This document shows positions 19,407-29,987 of a stretch of 64,000 nt of DNA, in pieces. The DNA is taken from the NCBI GenBank assembly GCA_001776975.1, contig MFCS01000025.1, positions 37,407-101,406 on the forward strand. Direction: 5' to 3'. Source of the stretch: Candidatus Daviesbacteria bacterium RIFCSPHIGHO2_01_FULL_41_45. Its GTDB lineage: Bacteria; Patescibacteriota; Microgenomatia; Daviesbacterales; UBA10151. Made by a program: the position numbers and the translations under genes. The notes under the pieces are model-generated. The model was not told the origin of the DNA. It made no database searches and was given only the letters and a program-made list of their open reading frames with translations. Position 1 is the first letter of the stretch, and the number at the start of each line of letters is the position of its first letter.

Positions 19407-20309
19407 GTAATGGTCTCGTCTTTCATTAAAACTACCGCTACCATAATGCTCAATTCCACCAAAAACCGATTTAACTGCCGCCGAAGATCCAGTGTACTCA
19501 AGCTCAAGAGCCATATAATCTATCCCTGAAACAAAATCAACATATCCTTCGATTACTCTACGGAAAGTGGTTAGCGAGATCACAACCGGAGTAATTACAA
19601 AACAGGTCCTTCTTAGTCCAGAACCTAATTCATACTGCAATAAATACGAGAGGTGGTTTTTACCTAGAATCGCTGGAATATTTGGCGCTATCCATTTATC
19701 TGCACCCGAAAAATAATTTGAGCAGCCAACCATTGCCCTATAACCTTTAAAATTATCGGATACTGCTTGCTCCTTCTTTTTATCAGTCAACATCACAAGC
19801 TCTCCACAATTATCAATAGCAAACGCGCCCCTTCTCTCATTTTCGGGAACTGGTCTAAAGGGTACGACCGTATCTGCTCCTTCCAAATAAAATCCATTAT
19901 TGGGTAATCCTTCCGGCAATCCCTTTTCGTTGTGGGTTGGCCCAGTAAAATAGGCAAAAGCGTCCCGGTCTAAACTCATAGAATGCACTGTATCTAGACA
20001 CTTTTTATCTCTCGGAGTAACCACCATCCTTACTCTACTTGACATAGGATAATCATAAATTCGAAAAGGGATTGTATGAGGGGTTCCTCCGGGTATAACA
20101 TTAGGAATTTTTAAACCATAATCTGCGACCGTTAAATCTGGAACGCCTGCATAATCACAAATAACAGTTGGTCCCACTAAGACCCCACTTTTCTCCCTTA
20201 ATGATTCAACTAGTCCCGCTAGCTGTCTACCACCGCTTACTAGGGTCTCTATTCTCAAGTCCCCATCTATAAGATGTCGAACCCCTTTTTGCACTATTGT
20301 TTCTGGCAT
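19386..20309 (-). CDS. Hypothetical protein
   Basis: 307-aa ORF; only a weak resemblance to phosphodiester glycosidase (RRGAFAIDNCGELV). Confidence 0.6.
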   Translation of the reverse strand: MPETIVQKGVRHLIDGDLRIETLVSGGRQLAGLVESLREKSGVLVGPTVICDYAGVPDLTVADYGLKIPNVIPGGTPHTIPFRIYDYPMSSRVRMVVTPRDKKCLDTVHSMSLDRDAFAYFTGPTHNEKGLPEGLPNNGFYLEGADTVVPFRPVPENERRGAFAIDNCGELVMLTDKKKEQAVSDNFKGYRAMVGCSNYFSGADKWIAPNIPAILGKNHLSYLLQYELGSGLRRTCFVITPVVISLTTFRRVIEGYVDFVSGIDYMALELEYTGSSAAVKSVFGGIEHYGSGSFNERRDHYLVAPTN

Positions 20310-20421
20310 ATATTTATACTCTAAATTAAAGAATCGACTCTCTGTCGATGCTATTGGTTAATAATATCAAATTTGAAAACTTAAATCAAACTATGGGACT
20401 GTTTGTTATCGGGATTGATAA

Positions 20422-21332
20422 TTATTGTGCGTGGTGCTTTATCGAAGCCAATGTTTTTTGAAAACTATGTTCTATGTTGCTTCTCAAAGCTCTTCCATTT
20501 AGAACACTTGCAGAGTTTTCTCTAAACCCCCGATACATCCTGGATGCCTCTGCAATAAGGATTCTTCCTTTATATGGAAATCCAGAGTGATGTAAATAAG
20601 CCAAAACGTACCCACGTCACGAGCTGCTGCTGTTTCAAACCCATCAAATCTAGCTTGTCTCTCTTGACCATACCCATAGCCAGTGTGAAACCTCTTCCAT
20701 CTAAAATCATCATCGGCTAATATTGTAGAAGTTTCAAGATCAAAAAAAATCGGTCTAATAGATTCTTCCTCGCTAAACTGATCTCCAATATTTCCTAAAT
20801 GTAAGTCTCCATGAACAACACCACAATCGTGCATCTCAGCAATTGCGTTAAGATAAAAATTGAGGAGTTCGTCTGGCGGAAAAACTCGAAGATCAGTAAT
20901 TTTATAATCAATACGCTTTAAACTTAATGGCTGGACTGATCTCATAAGCGCTGTTAGTAAAAAAGAGTCTGTATTCCCGAGTGTAATCAAAGCAAGCGGA
21001 GGTGGAACATTAACACCTCGAGATATGGCTGTTTCTGTATTACGAAACTCCCGATCAGCTAAAACACCCCCCTCGTTACCAGAAAAGTGTTTCGCTAAAA
21101 CATCAATTGGAACTACAGTCCTACCTGAATCAACGCGGACAGATGTTGGCATGGCTTTATGAGCTGTGGTACCTATACCTGATAGCCAACTTCTAGCATG
21201 AGTTTCTAGCAAGGGTCTTTCCCAATTACTCAACATAACTTTTTCTAATAGAGAAACTGGTGCTACCTGTGGATATTTAAGCTGAAACTCTCTACTAATT
21301 CTTATTCTTACATTTCCAAATTCAGAAAACAT
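20422..21332 (-). pseudogene. Kdo/Bud32/RIO-like kinase, apparently frameshifted near 20605
   Basis: HGDLHLGNI and FFDLE motifs; the C-terminus continues in the overlapping ORF 20422..20604 if one T is added to a T4 run. Confidence 0.65.
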
Positions 21333-21374
21333 AGAGAAATTATATCCTATAATAGTAAGAAACGCAAATAAGAA

Positions 21375-21782
21375 CTACCCTCCCACGCCTTTTCTGCTCT
21401 CGGTAGTGTTTCTTACTGCCAGAGCAGATGGAGTCTGTTTTTTCTTCTCCTCCACCTTGTACTGCTTAACCTGCTCCTCTTGTTGCTTAACCTGCGACTC
21501 CTCGATCTTTTTTTGTTGGTTTTGCATCCTTATTTTTTGAGCATCATCTGTCAACTTTTTATTCCAATCAATAACTCTTAAAGCCCACTGTCTTCTCTTC
21601 TCCTCATCAACCTTTTTTTGAGCTTGGATTTTAGGATCAACCAAAGGTTGTTGTGGACCATGAATAACAGTACTGACCCCTGTTTCTAAGGCCTTGCCAA
21701 TTTCATCAGTTACTGGTTTAATGATAGTTTCACCAATATCAGTAGCAAGTTGGATAGTTGCCCCTTTAACTCCATCAGCCAT
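21375..21782 (-). CDS. Hypothetical coiled-coil protein
   Basis: 135-aa Q/K/E-rich ORF, co-oriented with recR. Confidence 0.7.
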   Translation of the reverse strand: MADGVKGATIQLATDIGETIIKPVTDEIGKALETGVSTVIHGPQQPLVDPKIQAQKKVDEEKRRQWALRVIDWNKKLTDDAQKIRMQNQQKKIEESQVKQQEEQVKQYKVEEKKKQTPSALAVRNTTESRKGVGG

Positions 21783-21797
21783 ATCTTGAGTATAACA

Positions 21798-22394
21798 TCA
21801 ATACGCTTTTCTTCCCTCTAAGGCACGATTGAGGGTTGTCTCGTCAGCATACTCAATATCTCCTCCCACCGGTAAACCTCTGGCAATCCTGGTAACCTTT
21901 ACCCCCAACGGTGAGATTAAACGATCAATATACATCGCTGTAGCCTCTCCTTCCATGGTTGGGTTAGTGGCCAAAATAATCTCCTTAATACTTCCATCTT
22001 TCAATCGGGGTAGTAGCTCTCTAATTTTTAACTCCTCCGGCCCAATATTTTCTAAAGGTGAGATCGATCCATGTAAGACATGGTACAACCCCTTGTATGA
22101 AGCTCTTTCTAGAGCTAATACATCTAGTGGGTCCTCTACCACTGCCAGGGTTGTTTTATCCCGATTTGGGTCAGTATCCAGCTCACAAGGATCCACCTCG
22201 GCAATGTTAAAACATACTGAACAGATAACGGTTTTTTCTTTCAAGTCTACGGCTGCTTGAGCGAGAGCCTTGGTTTCCTCAATCGGGGCATGAAGCAGAT
22301 GATAGGTTAATCTTTGGGCAGTTTTGGGACCAATTCCAGGTAATCTTTCAAAAGCTTCTATCAGACTCTGAACTACTTTGGGGACTGATGCCAT
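21798..22394 (-). CDS. recR: Recombination mediator RecR
   Basis: LPGIGPKTAQR, ATNPTMEGEATA, RIARGLPVG. Confidence 0.97.
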   Translation of the reverse strand: MASVPKVVQSLIEAFERLPGIGPKTAQRLTYHLLHAPIEETKALAQAAVDLKEKTVICSVCFNIAEVDPCELDTDPNRDKTTLAVVEDPLDVLALERASYKGLYHVLHGSISPLENIGPEELKIRELLPRLKDGSIKEIILATNPTMEGEATAMYIDRLISPLGVKVTRIARGLPVGGDIEYADETTLNRALEGRKAY

Positions 22395-22419
22395 AATCTC
22401 AGGAATTGTAGCACTTTAA

Positions 22420-22698
22420 TTACATTCCCGGGAGACCCATACCACCCATTAAGGGCTTCATCTCTTCTGCTGCTACTTTTTGGGATTGTTTAAGTGCCTC
22501 ATTTACCGCTTCAGCAACTTTATCCAAATTATTGTCCCCACTTATGGAGACTACTTTCTGATCAGCGGTCATGACTACAGTCACACCTTTGTGCTCCACA
22601 GTAATCTTAATCCCGGCCAATAGTTTTTGAACCTCCATGGCTTGATCCCTCATCTTTTTGAGGTCTCCCAACTGTTTTAAATTATCCATGATACCCAT
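22420..22698 (-). CDS. ybaB: YbaB/EbfC nucleoid-associated protein
   Basis: Size, sequence pattern and position upstream of recR. Confidence 0.85.
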   Translation of the reverse strand: MGIMDNLKQLGDLKKMRDQAMEVQKLLAGIKITVEHKGVTVVMTADQKVVSISGDNNLDKVAEAVNEALKQSQKVAAEEMKPLMGGMGLPGM

Positions 22699-22704
22699 AA
22701 TTAT

Positions 22705-23508
22705 TTATATTCTCCTAGAGAAAGATTCTACCACATTCTCCATTAAAGAGATAACCGTCATCGGTCCCACCCCTCCAAATTTTCCTGTATATTTAGAGGC
22801 TTTGGCAAAACAGCTCACATCAAAATCCCCTAACCCCACATCAATTAACACCGCTCCCTCTTTAATCATCTCGGCCTTAATTAAATTTTCCCTTCCCACA
22901 CAGGAGATAACAATACCACACAGTGTTAAGTCATGGTCAAGATCTCCTTGTCCTCTATCAATCCTTAGGGGTTTAACTCCTAAATTAGATTGCTCCAAAA
23001 ATCTTAGTAAGGGTTTGCCCACCTCTCCTTCTGATCCTACCACTCCAATTCTTTGCTCTTGCCACCCTTTAACCTCAGCATTTAATATCGAGACTACGCT
23101 CTTAACTGTTGCCGGCAAAAAAACCCTTTGTCCCTCCTCAGTCAACCCATCTACATCCTTATCAGTATTTATTAACCTCAACAGATCACTTCGAAAAACA
23201 GTTAAATCCAGCGGTAAGGGTAGCTGAACCATAATTCCATCCACTACCTCAGATTGATTATATTGATTAACTTTATCCTGCAGATCGTTGTAAAGAGTTT
23301 TGGTATTATAATTTTCTACCCTAAACTCAATACCTACCTCCTCAGCCTTGCTTTTTTTCATCTGAGTGTACCTCACAGAAGGCCCATTCTCAGTGTTACA
23401 GAAACTGACTATTCTGGGCGCCCTACTAGATCTAAAACTTCGCAGATGACTCACTAACGCCAGTTGGTGTTTTTCAGCCAAAGCCCTACAATCTATTCTT
23501 CGTTCCAT
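22705..23508 (-). CDS. folD: Methylene-THF dehydrogenase/cyclohydrolase
   Basis: DGIMVQLPLP, KDVDG, IDVG, GGVGPMT. Confidence 0.9.
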   Translation of the reverse strand: MERRIDCRALAEKHQLALVSHLRSFRSSRAPRIVSFCNTENGPSVRYTQMKKSKAEEVGIEFRVENYNTKTLYNDLQDKVNQYNQSEVVDGIMVQLPLPLDLTVFRSDLLRLINTDKDVDGLTEEGQRVFLPATVKSVVSILNAEVKGWQEQRIGVVGSEGEVGKPLLRFLEQSNLGVKPLRIDRGQGDLDHDLTLCGIVISCVGRENLIKAEMIKEGAVLIDVGLGDFDVSCFAKASKYTGKFGGVGPMTVISLMENVVESFSRRI

Positions 23509-24799
23509 AATGTTTATATAAACCCGGGATAGGGTATTTTTTAGTAAAATCTTCTACCTCAGCTTTAATTTTTTGAAGATTTTTATTTTTGACTAATAGC
23601 TTCTTAATATCTTTTATGAAATCTTTTCTCTTTTCCTGTTCTGTTGGCAAATCCAAGCCTTTAATCTCTTGTAAAACTCTTTTAATCCATGCTGCCACCT
23701 TTATCATGTCAGCCTCTTTCATCCCTCTGGAGGTTAAAGCTGGTGTCCCAAGCCTTATCCCAGAAGGGTAAAAAGGCGAGGCCTTATCTCCTGGAATAGT
23801 ATTTTTATTAACCGTAATCCCAGCATACTCTAAAGCTACCTGAGCCTGATAACCCAAACCAAATCCCAACTCAGACAGATCCTTGAGCACTAAATGATTC
23901 TCACTAATTGTCCCTAACTCTTTGGCTAAAACTGCAGCATTTTTCACAACTTGTAGTGCGTATTTTTTAAACGATGGCTTAAAGGCTTCTTCTAAACTAA
24001 CCGCAATGGCAGCTGTTTGGTGATTGTGGGGACCACCCTGTAACCCCGGGATTATTGCCCTTTCAATTTTTGATTTTAAATCAGGGTCTTTTTGCAACCC
24101 TTTTTCTGTCACCAAGATCATGGCTCCCCTGGGACCTCTTAATGTTTTATGGGTAGTTGTGGTGATAATATGGACATGATTAACTGGTGTTGGATGTACT
24201 CCTCCCACAATTAAGCCTGAGATATGAGAGATATCCGCTATTAGATAAGCCCCCACCGCATCAGCAATCGCAGCATACTTTTCATAATCCAATTTGTAAG
24301 GATAGGCTGTGGTGCCGGCCCAGATAAGTTTTGGTTGGTGTTGCTTAGCTAACCTTTCCAGACTATCATAATCAATCTTGCCATCTTTCCCAACGTTATA
24401 GTTAACTGCTTTATAAAAAATCGAGGAAAAGGATAGATTAGCCCCATGTGTTAAATGACCCCCAGATGTCAAAGCTAACCCCATCACTACATCACCTGGA
24501 TTACAAACAGCCATTGTGGCTGCCATGTTGGCTGGAGAACCTGAGTATGGCTGAACAAAGGCTGCTTTGGTACCAAATAGCGTGTTCGCTAACTCGCTTG
24601 CGTAGACCTCTATCTCATCAATAACCTCATTTCCGCCATAATATCTACGGCCGGGAAATCCTTCAGAATATTTATTAGTTAAAATAGATCCCAGAGCTTT
24701 CAAGACATCTTCCGAAACATAATTTTCAGAAGGGATCATCTCCAAGCCAGTAATTTGGCGGTGTGCCTCTTTTTTAATTAATGCAAAAACTTTGGACAC
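23486..24799 (-). CDS. glyA: Serine hydroxymethyltransferase
   Basis: SENY, NKYSEG, TTTHKTLRGPRG, SGIRLGTP. Confidence 0.97.
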   Translation of the reverse strand: MSKVFALIKKEAHRQITGLEMIPSENYVSEDVLKALGSILTNKYSEGFPGRRYYGGNEVIDEIEVYASELANTLFGTKAAFVQPYSGSPANMAATMAVCNPGDVVMGLALTSGGHLTHGANLSFSSIFYKAVNYNVGKDGKIDYDSLERLAKQHQPKLIWAGTTAYPYKLDYEKYAAIADAVGAYLIADISHISGLIVGGVHPTPVNHVHIITTTTHKTLRGPRGAMILVTEKGLQKDPDLKSKIERAIIPGLQGGPHNHQTAAIAVSLEEAFKPSFKKYALQVVKNAAVLAKELGTISENHLVLKDLSELGFGLGYQAQVALEYAGITVNKNTIPGDKASPFYPSGIRLGTPALTSRGMKEADMIKVAAWIKRVLQEIKGLDLPTEQEKRKDFIKDIKKLLVKNKNLQKIKAEVEDFTKKYPIPGLYKHYGTKNRL

Positions 24800-24845
24800 A
24801 ATGGCTTATACCTTAAAGGCTTTTTAAGTAATTTGCAATATGGAA

Positions 24846-26387
24846 TCAGTTTGGAGCATCAGCAGAGAAAATCTCCGAAGCAAGCCTGACCAACTCATCA
24901 TCGGCTGCCACCTCAATATTGGCAACATCCTCGCGTTTTACAGACCTTTTTGCCAAAATAGTTGAGATGCGGATCGGACGAGATAAAATATCAGATAAGA
25001 TTGACTCCAACATATCCCGGGATTTTGGAACCTCTAGCATTCGTTGGTGAAAAGCATAGGGAACCTCTATTACTACTAGCTTCTCTTCACAGCGGGCTAT
25101 TTTCACAGATCTTAACAAGGCCTCCAATGAATAATTAAAAGATCTGGCAGTCTCTAAAATATAGGTCCATCTCTCCTCAATTTTTTGCAGATCTAAAGAG
25201 TCGTTAATTTCGATATTACTCGTTTCACTTACAATAATAGCCGGCGCAACACTTAGAACCTCTTCTTTTAACTCTTGAACATGCTCAGATGGTAAGACCT
25301 GCTGATTCACATCTTTAGTTTCTAAACAACTTTTAACTACCGCTACCTCCAAAGGCAAATAAGCAATAGGCACAAATTTTCCTTTTTCCAAACTTTCTTG
25401 AAGATTGTCCAAAGTTTTTATTAAATCCGCTGTTGTAAATTCCTTAGACAAATTTACTAATATTTCAAACTTCTGCACTCCAACATCTATTTTTACCAAT
25501 TCTTCTCCCAAGTCATTTTGAATTAAAATTAACTGGCGCAATAGTTCCAAAAGTGAGAGATTTAAATCTTTGGCAACCACCCCCAATGATTGTTGCTCGT
25601 GTAAGGCTCTCAAGGAATCTGTAGTATTTTTCTTGGCGATGCTACCAATAAGCTGGGCGATAGCATCAAAGGACGAACCAAGTAGCATCTTTTCTAAAGT
25701 CTCCCGGTCTATCTTACCCATCGAAGACAGCTGGTCTAAAAGCTTCTCTCCATCTCTAAAACTACCTTGGGCAGCTTGCGCCACCAATAATAGTTCCTCA
25801 TCAGCAATTTTTATCTTCTCACTGCTAACTATATTCTTTAAGTCCTGTAATATATCCTCAACCTTCGCCAACTTAAATTCTAACTTCTGAACCCGGGACA
25901 ATATCGTTTGGGGAATTTTTTGCGGGTCGGTAGTCGCTAATATAAATAGAACATGAGAGGGTGGTTCCTCTAAAGTTTTTAACAAGGCGTTAAAAGCATC
26001 GTTGGTTAACATGTGTACCTCATCAATAATATAGATCTTCTTTTTAGCTTTTGCAGGAGCTAATTTAATATTTTCTCTTAAAGATCTGATGTCCTCAATC
26101 CCACGGTTAGAGGCAGCATCAATTTCAATTAAATCTAAATTGGAGCCATCAGTGATGGATGTACAGAGTTCACATTTATTACAGGGAGCATTTTTTTCAT
26201 CCAAACAGTTCACCATCTTAGCTAGGATTCTGGCTGTTGAGGTCTTACCAGTACCCCGGGGACCGCAAAAAAGATAGGCATGAGCTAATTTTCCAGAGGC
26301 ATGAGCTGCTAATAAAGTTTGTTTAACTAGCTCTTGACCAATTAACTCATCTAAAGATTGAGGACGATACTTTCGATAAAAAACCAT
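24846..26387 (-). CDS. dnaX: DNA polymerase III gamma/tau
   Basis: YRKYRP, GPRGTGKTS, EIDAASN, DEVHML. Confidence 0.97.
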   Translation of the reverse strand: MVFYRKYRPQSLDELIGQELVKQTLLAAHASGKLAHAYLFCGPRGTGKTSTARILAKMVNCLDEKNAPCNKCELCTSITDGSNLDLIEIDAASNRGIEDIRSLRENIKLAPAKAKKKIYIIDEVHMLTNDAFNALLKTLEEPPSHVLFILATTDPQKIPQTILSRVQKLEFKLAKVEDILQDLKNIVSSEKIKIADEELLLVAQAAQGSFRDGEKLLDQLSSMGKIDRETLEKMLLGSSFDAIAQLIGSIAKKNTTDSLRALHEQQSLGVVAKDLNLSLLELLRQLILIQNDLGEELVKIDVGVQKFEILVNLSKEFTTADLIKTLDNLQESLEKGKFVPIAYLPLEVAVVKSCLETKDVNQQVLPSEHVQELKEEVLSVAPAIIVSETSNIEINDSLDLQKIEERWTYILETARSFNYSLEALLRSVKIARCEEKLVVIEVPYAFHQRMLEVPKSRDMLESILSDILSRPIRISTILAKRSVKREDVANIEVAADDELVRLASEIFSADAPN

Positions 26388-26453
26388 AAGTTTAGGGTTT
26401 AGTAGCTAGATTATAGCGTTTACCAATAAAATACAATGAATCAAACTGTACCC

Positions 26454-26867
26454 CTAACTATGATGAATTCCTAACAAATGTTTACAGCCATGCTCTACTA
26501 AAAAAGATATCTCTTCATCTACTGATTTACCATCCGTTGCTGCATCTTTCAAGGCTTGTGGATAAGAGATCAGCACCGAACCAAGTCTTAACCAGTTGTC
26601 TGGATATGAAATAAAACCAACTGAGCGTTGCTGAGTTATATTTTGAGGGGTAGGATCTTCCAAAGCAAAAGTGAGAATATCAGTAGTTGCATCAATCCCG
26701 CGGTAAGTTCTATTTAACTGATGCATCTTTCTATCCCCAACTATTGATACTTCAACCTCTACTTTTCCATGGGTTCCATAATTACTAAGAGTTGAAACTA
26801 CCGCTGATTGAATCACTGTCTTACTAACTTTATATCTGGAATCACCATTTATAATAATGTTAACCAT
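26454..26867 (-). CDS. ybeY: rRNA maturation RNase YbeY
   Basis: LNRTYRG...TDILTF, HGCKHLLGIHH. Confidence 0.9.
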   Translation of the reverse strand: MVNIIINGDSRYKVSKTVIQSAVVSTLSNYGTHGKVEVEVSIVGDRKMHQLNRTYRGIDATTDILTFALEDPTPQNITQQRSVGFISYPDNWLRLGSVLISYPQALKDAATDGKSVDEEISFLVEHGCKHLLGIHHS

Positions 26868-27300
26868 GGAGTTTTTCCCTTACCAAAGAGCTGACCCGAC
26901 CTCCATCGACCCGAGCTCCAGCCTTAGTCATCACCAATCCAATAACCTTTCCCATATCAGCCATATTAGAAGCATTGGTTTGGGTGATCGCCTCCTGAAT
27001 TAAAGCATCCAGCTCCATATCTGATAAAGGTTCCGGTAGATATGTTTTTAAAATGTCAGCCTCCTTCTCCTCTTTTTTGGCCATCTCTTCTCTATCTCCA
27101 TTTCTAAAAGCTACGACCGATTCCGCTCTTTTTTTGACCTCTTTTTGGATAATTGATTGGATTTCTACTTCAACTAACTCACTACCTTTGTGAATTTGGG
27201 CATTATAAATCTCAGACAATAACAACCTCAAAGTTGAGACTTTAAGATCATCTTTATCAAGAATAGATTGTTTTAGATCCTGCTGAAGCTTATCAAACAT
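26860..27300 (-). CDS. yqeY: GatB/YqeY domain protein
   Basis: LRLLLSEI, KEVKKR, YLPE, DMGKVIG. Confidence 0.92.
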   Translation of the reverse strand: MFDKLQQDLKQSILDKDDLKVSTLRLLLSEIYNAQIHKGSELVEVEIQSIIQKEVKKRAESVVAFRNGDREEMAKKEEKEADILKTYLPEPLSDMELDALIQEAITQTNASNMADMGKVIGLVMTKAGARVDGGRVSSLVREKLHG

Positions 27301-27490
27301 TGTAACGCTTTGCTCGCATAATCTTTCTCATTCTTTCTTTTTTGACTTCCTGCCTTTTTTCAGAAGCTGATTTGTGAAACTCCCTATCCCGATACTCTTG
27401 CACTACATTCTCCAAAGCAGAACGCTTTTGAAATTTCCTAATCACCGAATCATTGGTATCGTTTGGGCCACGTTTAACTATAATACTCAT
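27293..27490 (-). CDS. rpsU: 30S ribosomal protein S21
   Basis: DSVIRKFQKR...REFHKSASEKR; SD AGGAGG before ATG 27490; precedes yqeY. Confidence 0.85.
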   Translation of the reverse strand: MSIIVKRGPNDTNDSVIRKFQKRSALENVVQEYRDREFHKSASEKRQEVKKERMRKIMRAKRYNV

Positions 27491-27593
27491 AAAAAATAAA
27501 AACACCTCCTTTTTAAGGTAGGGCAATTATAATCCCAATAGGGTGAGTATTACAAGATCTTTGAGCCTAACGAGAGATTGACTTAGACTACTA

Positions 27594-28676
27594 TTAAGCA
27601 GGCTTTAGCAGTTTTTTTAGTAAATCTAGGGTTTTAATCTGCCTAAGGTTATGTTTCAAGTGAAGTCTTGGTTCTTGGGACTCAAATTGTGATTTTAACC
27701 TAGCGTCCTGAATTTTATCAATCTCAGCTTGGACCTCCTCGTCAGAGATGACTACGTTTTCTAGTCTAGCAACCTCTGCTAAACCCAACTCCATCCGCAC
27801 ATTTTTCTCTGCTTGGGGTCTCCATTTATTTTTAATCCCTTCCGAAGTTTCATTTTGTGATCTTAAATAATCATCCATTAACATCCCCATATCTGATACC
27901 CGTCTTTGTAGTGACACCATCATTCTGTTTAACTCATCCTCAACCAAAACATCCGGAATATCAACCTGGGTAATTTTTTCCACCTCTTGTAATAATGCCT
28001 CTTCATAATCCAACTCATTATTATATTTGGCTTCAGCCTCTAGGTCAGTTTTGATCTTTAATGTCAAATCCTCTAAACTTTGAGCTCCCATGGATTTAGC
28101 GAAAGCATCATCTGGGATATCCGAAATTACCGGTTGAGGGGTGCTGGCTTGAGGCTGATTAAAAGATACTGAACCACTAGTGACACCGTTTTGGGAGCTC
28201 TGAGCAACTGGATTTTTAACCTTCCATCGTTTGAATAAATCCTCAATGACCTTATCTTTATCCGTATCTCCAATCACTTTTAGCTCCGGCCTTTGCACCT
28301 TGAGTCCTTTGTAATCCCCTGAGATCTTTACCTCGGGACGGTTGGTTACCTGTGCTGTAAAGATTAGAGATTGTCCTTTAAAAAATGAGGTTAGTTGGTA
28401 CTTGGGGTAATTAATGGGAACCACAGTACTACCCTGTAAAGACTCAACCAGCATTTGAGGCATTACTACTTTTAAAAACTCATCTTGTAGTTTATTACCG
28501 ATACTATTCTCCACCATGTTGAGTGGAGCCTGGCCTTTTCTAAAACCCGGAATCTCAACCTCTTGAGATAATCTAGTTAAAGTTTCATCCCATTTGGCAG
28601 ATATATCTTCCCAGGGAACAGTGATCGCCACCTCAACAACTGATTTTGGTAAATTGGTTATATTTTTAGTAATCAT
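27594..28676 (-). CDS. tig: Trigger factor (PPIase domain apparently absent)
   Basis: IPGFRKGQAP ribosome-binding motif and C-terminal domain; only 360 aa. Confidence 0.88.
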   Translation of the reverse strand: MITKNITNLPKSVVEVAITVPWEDISAKWDETLTRLSQEVEIPGFRKGQAPLNMVENSIGNKLQDEFLKVVMPQMLVESLQGSTVVPINYPKYQLTSFFKGQSLIFTAQVTNRPEVKISGDYKGLKVQRPELKVIGDTDKDKVIEDLFKRWKVKNPVAQSSQNGVTSGSVSFNQPQASTPQPVISDIPDDAFAKSMGAQSLEDLTLKIKTDLEAEAKYNNELDYEEALLQEVEKITQVDIPDVLVEDELNRMMVSLQRRVSDMGMLMDDYLRSQNETSEGIKNKWRPQAEKNVRMELGLAEVARLENVVISDEEVQAEIDKIQDARLKSQFESQEPRLHLKHNLRQIKTLDLLKKLLKPA

Positions 28677-28716
28677 ATTTTCCGAATGTAAAGATTAGCA
28701 GAATTCAGCTGTAAAA

Positions 28717-29955
28717 TCAACGGATCTGCTCCAACAACTCAGTTACACTCATAAAATTGGTATTTTTATCTGCTCTTTTTTTAACCTCAATCTGATCATG
28801 GGTTCTTTTAGAGACAACTAGCCTGTAAGGAACGCCTATTAAATCGGCATCGGAAAACTTCTCACCAGCTGAGAGTCCGACTCTATCATCATATAGTACC
28901 TCCACACCGTCTGCGCTCAGTAATTGATAAACTTTTTCTGCCTGTGCTTTAATCTCTTCGTTCTCCAGATCCAACCCAATTAAGTGAGTTTTAAATGGGG
29001 CCACACTCTCCGGCCAGATAATCCCTCTCTCATCATGGAATTTTTCTACCAAAACTCCCAAAAGCCTGGAAACCCCGATTCCATAGCTGGCAAACCAGAG
29101 AGGTTTTTTATTTCCTGTTTCATCAGTAAAATTAACATTCATATTAGCAGCATACTTTGTACCCAGAGTAAAGATATGTCCTACCTCCACTGTCTTAACT
29201 TCTTTTAAAAGACCACTGCACTCAGGACAGTTGTTACTCTTTATTACCTCTACATTGGCAGCAAAATCACACTTTTCACAAAATAACACCATATCCTCCC
29301 CCGCGTCACATTCAACCTGAAATTCCTGAGTAAAATGCTCCGTGAACACCCCTCCAGACGCATTGACCACCCTAGTTTCCAAATCCATCCGGGTAAATAT
29401 CTTTAAATAGGCCTCTCTCACTTGGGCAAAATATACCTCCAGATCCTCCAAGGATACGTGAGCCGAATATAGATCCTTCATCAAAAACTCTCGGCCTCTT
29501 AAGATACCGGATTTAGCTCGCAGCTCGTTTCTGAATTTAGTAGAGAACTGATAAATTTTGATTGGTAGGTCTTTATAAGACAAATTATACTTTCCTAACA
29601 AATCCATCACTATCTCTTCATGAGTAAACGATAAACAGTACTCCCGTTCGGAGCGATCTTTTAAGCGGTACATAATTTCAGCTACCGCTGGGTCATCCCA
29701 TCTCCCCGATCTCGACCAGATTTCTTTGGGATGTAGTAAAGGAAGTTGAGCCTCCCAAGCGCCTGTGCTGTTTAATTCCTGACGGATAATCTGGTTTATC
29801 TTTGATACCACACGCAAACCCAAAGGGAGCAAGGTCCAAGATCCGGCCATTAATTGATCAATAAATCCACCCCTAGCTAATAACTGGTGGTTTATGGATT
29901 CAGCTCCACTCGGAGCCATTTTTAATGTCTTGGGGAAAATTGTTGAGTATCTCAT
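28717..29955 (-). CDS. proS: Proline--tRNA ligase
   Basis: THEE, KFRNELR...RGREFLMKDLYS, EVGHIF, YGIGVSR. Confidence 0.95.
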   Translation of the reverse strand: MRYSTIFPKTLKMAPSGAESINHQLLARGGFIDQLMAGSWTLLPLGLRVVSKINQIIRQELNSTGAWEAQLPLLHPKEIWSRSGRWDDPAVAEIMYRLKDRSEREYCLSFTHEEIVMDLLGKYNLSYKDLPIKIYQFSTKFRNELRAKSGILRGREFLMKDLYSAHVSLEDLEVYFAQVREAYLKIFTRMDLETRVVNASGGVFTEHFTQEFQVECDAGEDMVLFCEKCDFAANVEVIKSNNCPECSGLLKEVKTVEVGHIFTLGTKYAANMNVNFTDETGNKKPLWFASYGIGVSRLLGVLVEKFHDERGIIWPESVAPFKTHLIGLDLENEEIKAQAEKVYQLLSADGVEVLYDDRVGLSAGEKFSDADLIGVPYRLVVSKRTHDQIEVKKRADKNTNFMSVTELLEQIR

Positions 29956-29987
29956 CAGGTAATCTTACATTTTTAGAAGGATTTTAT

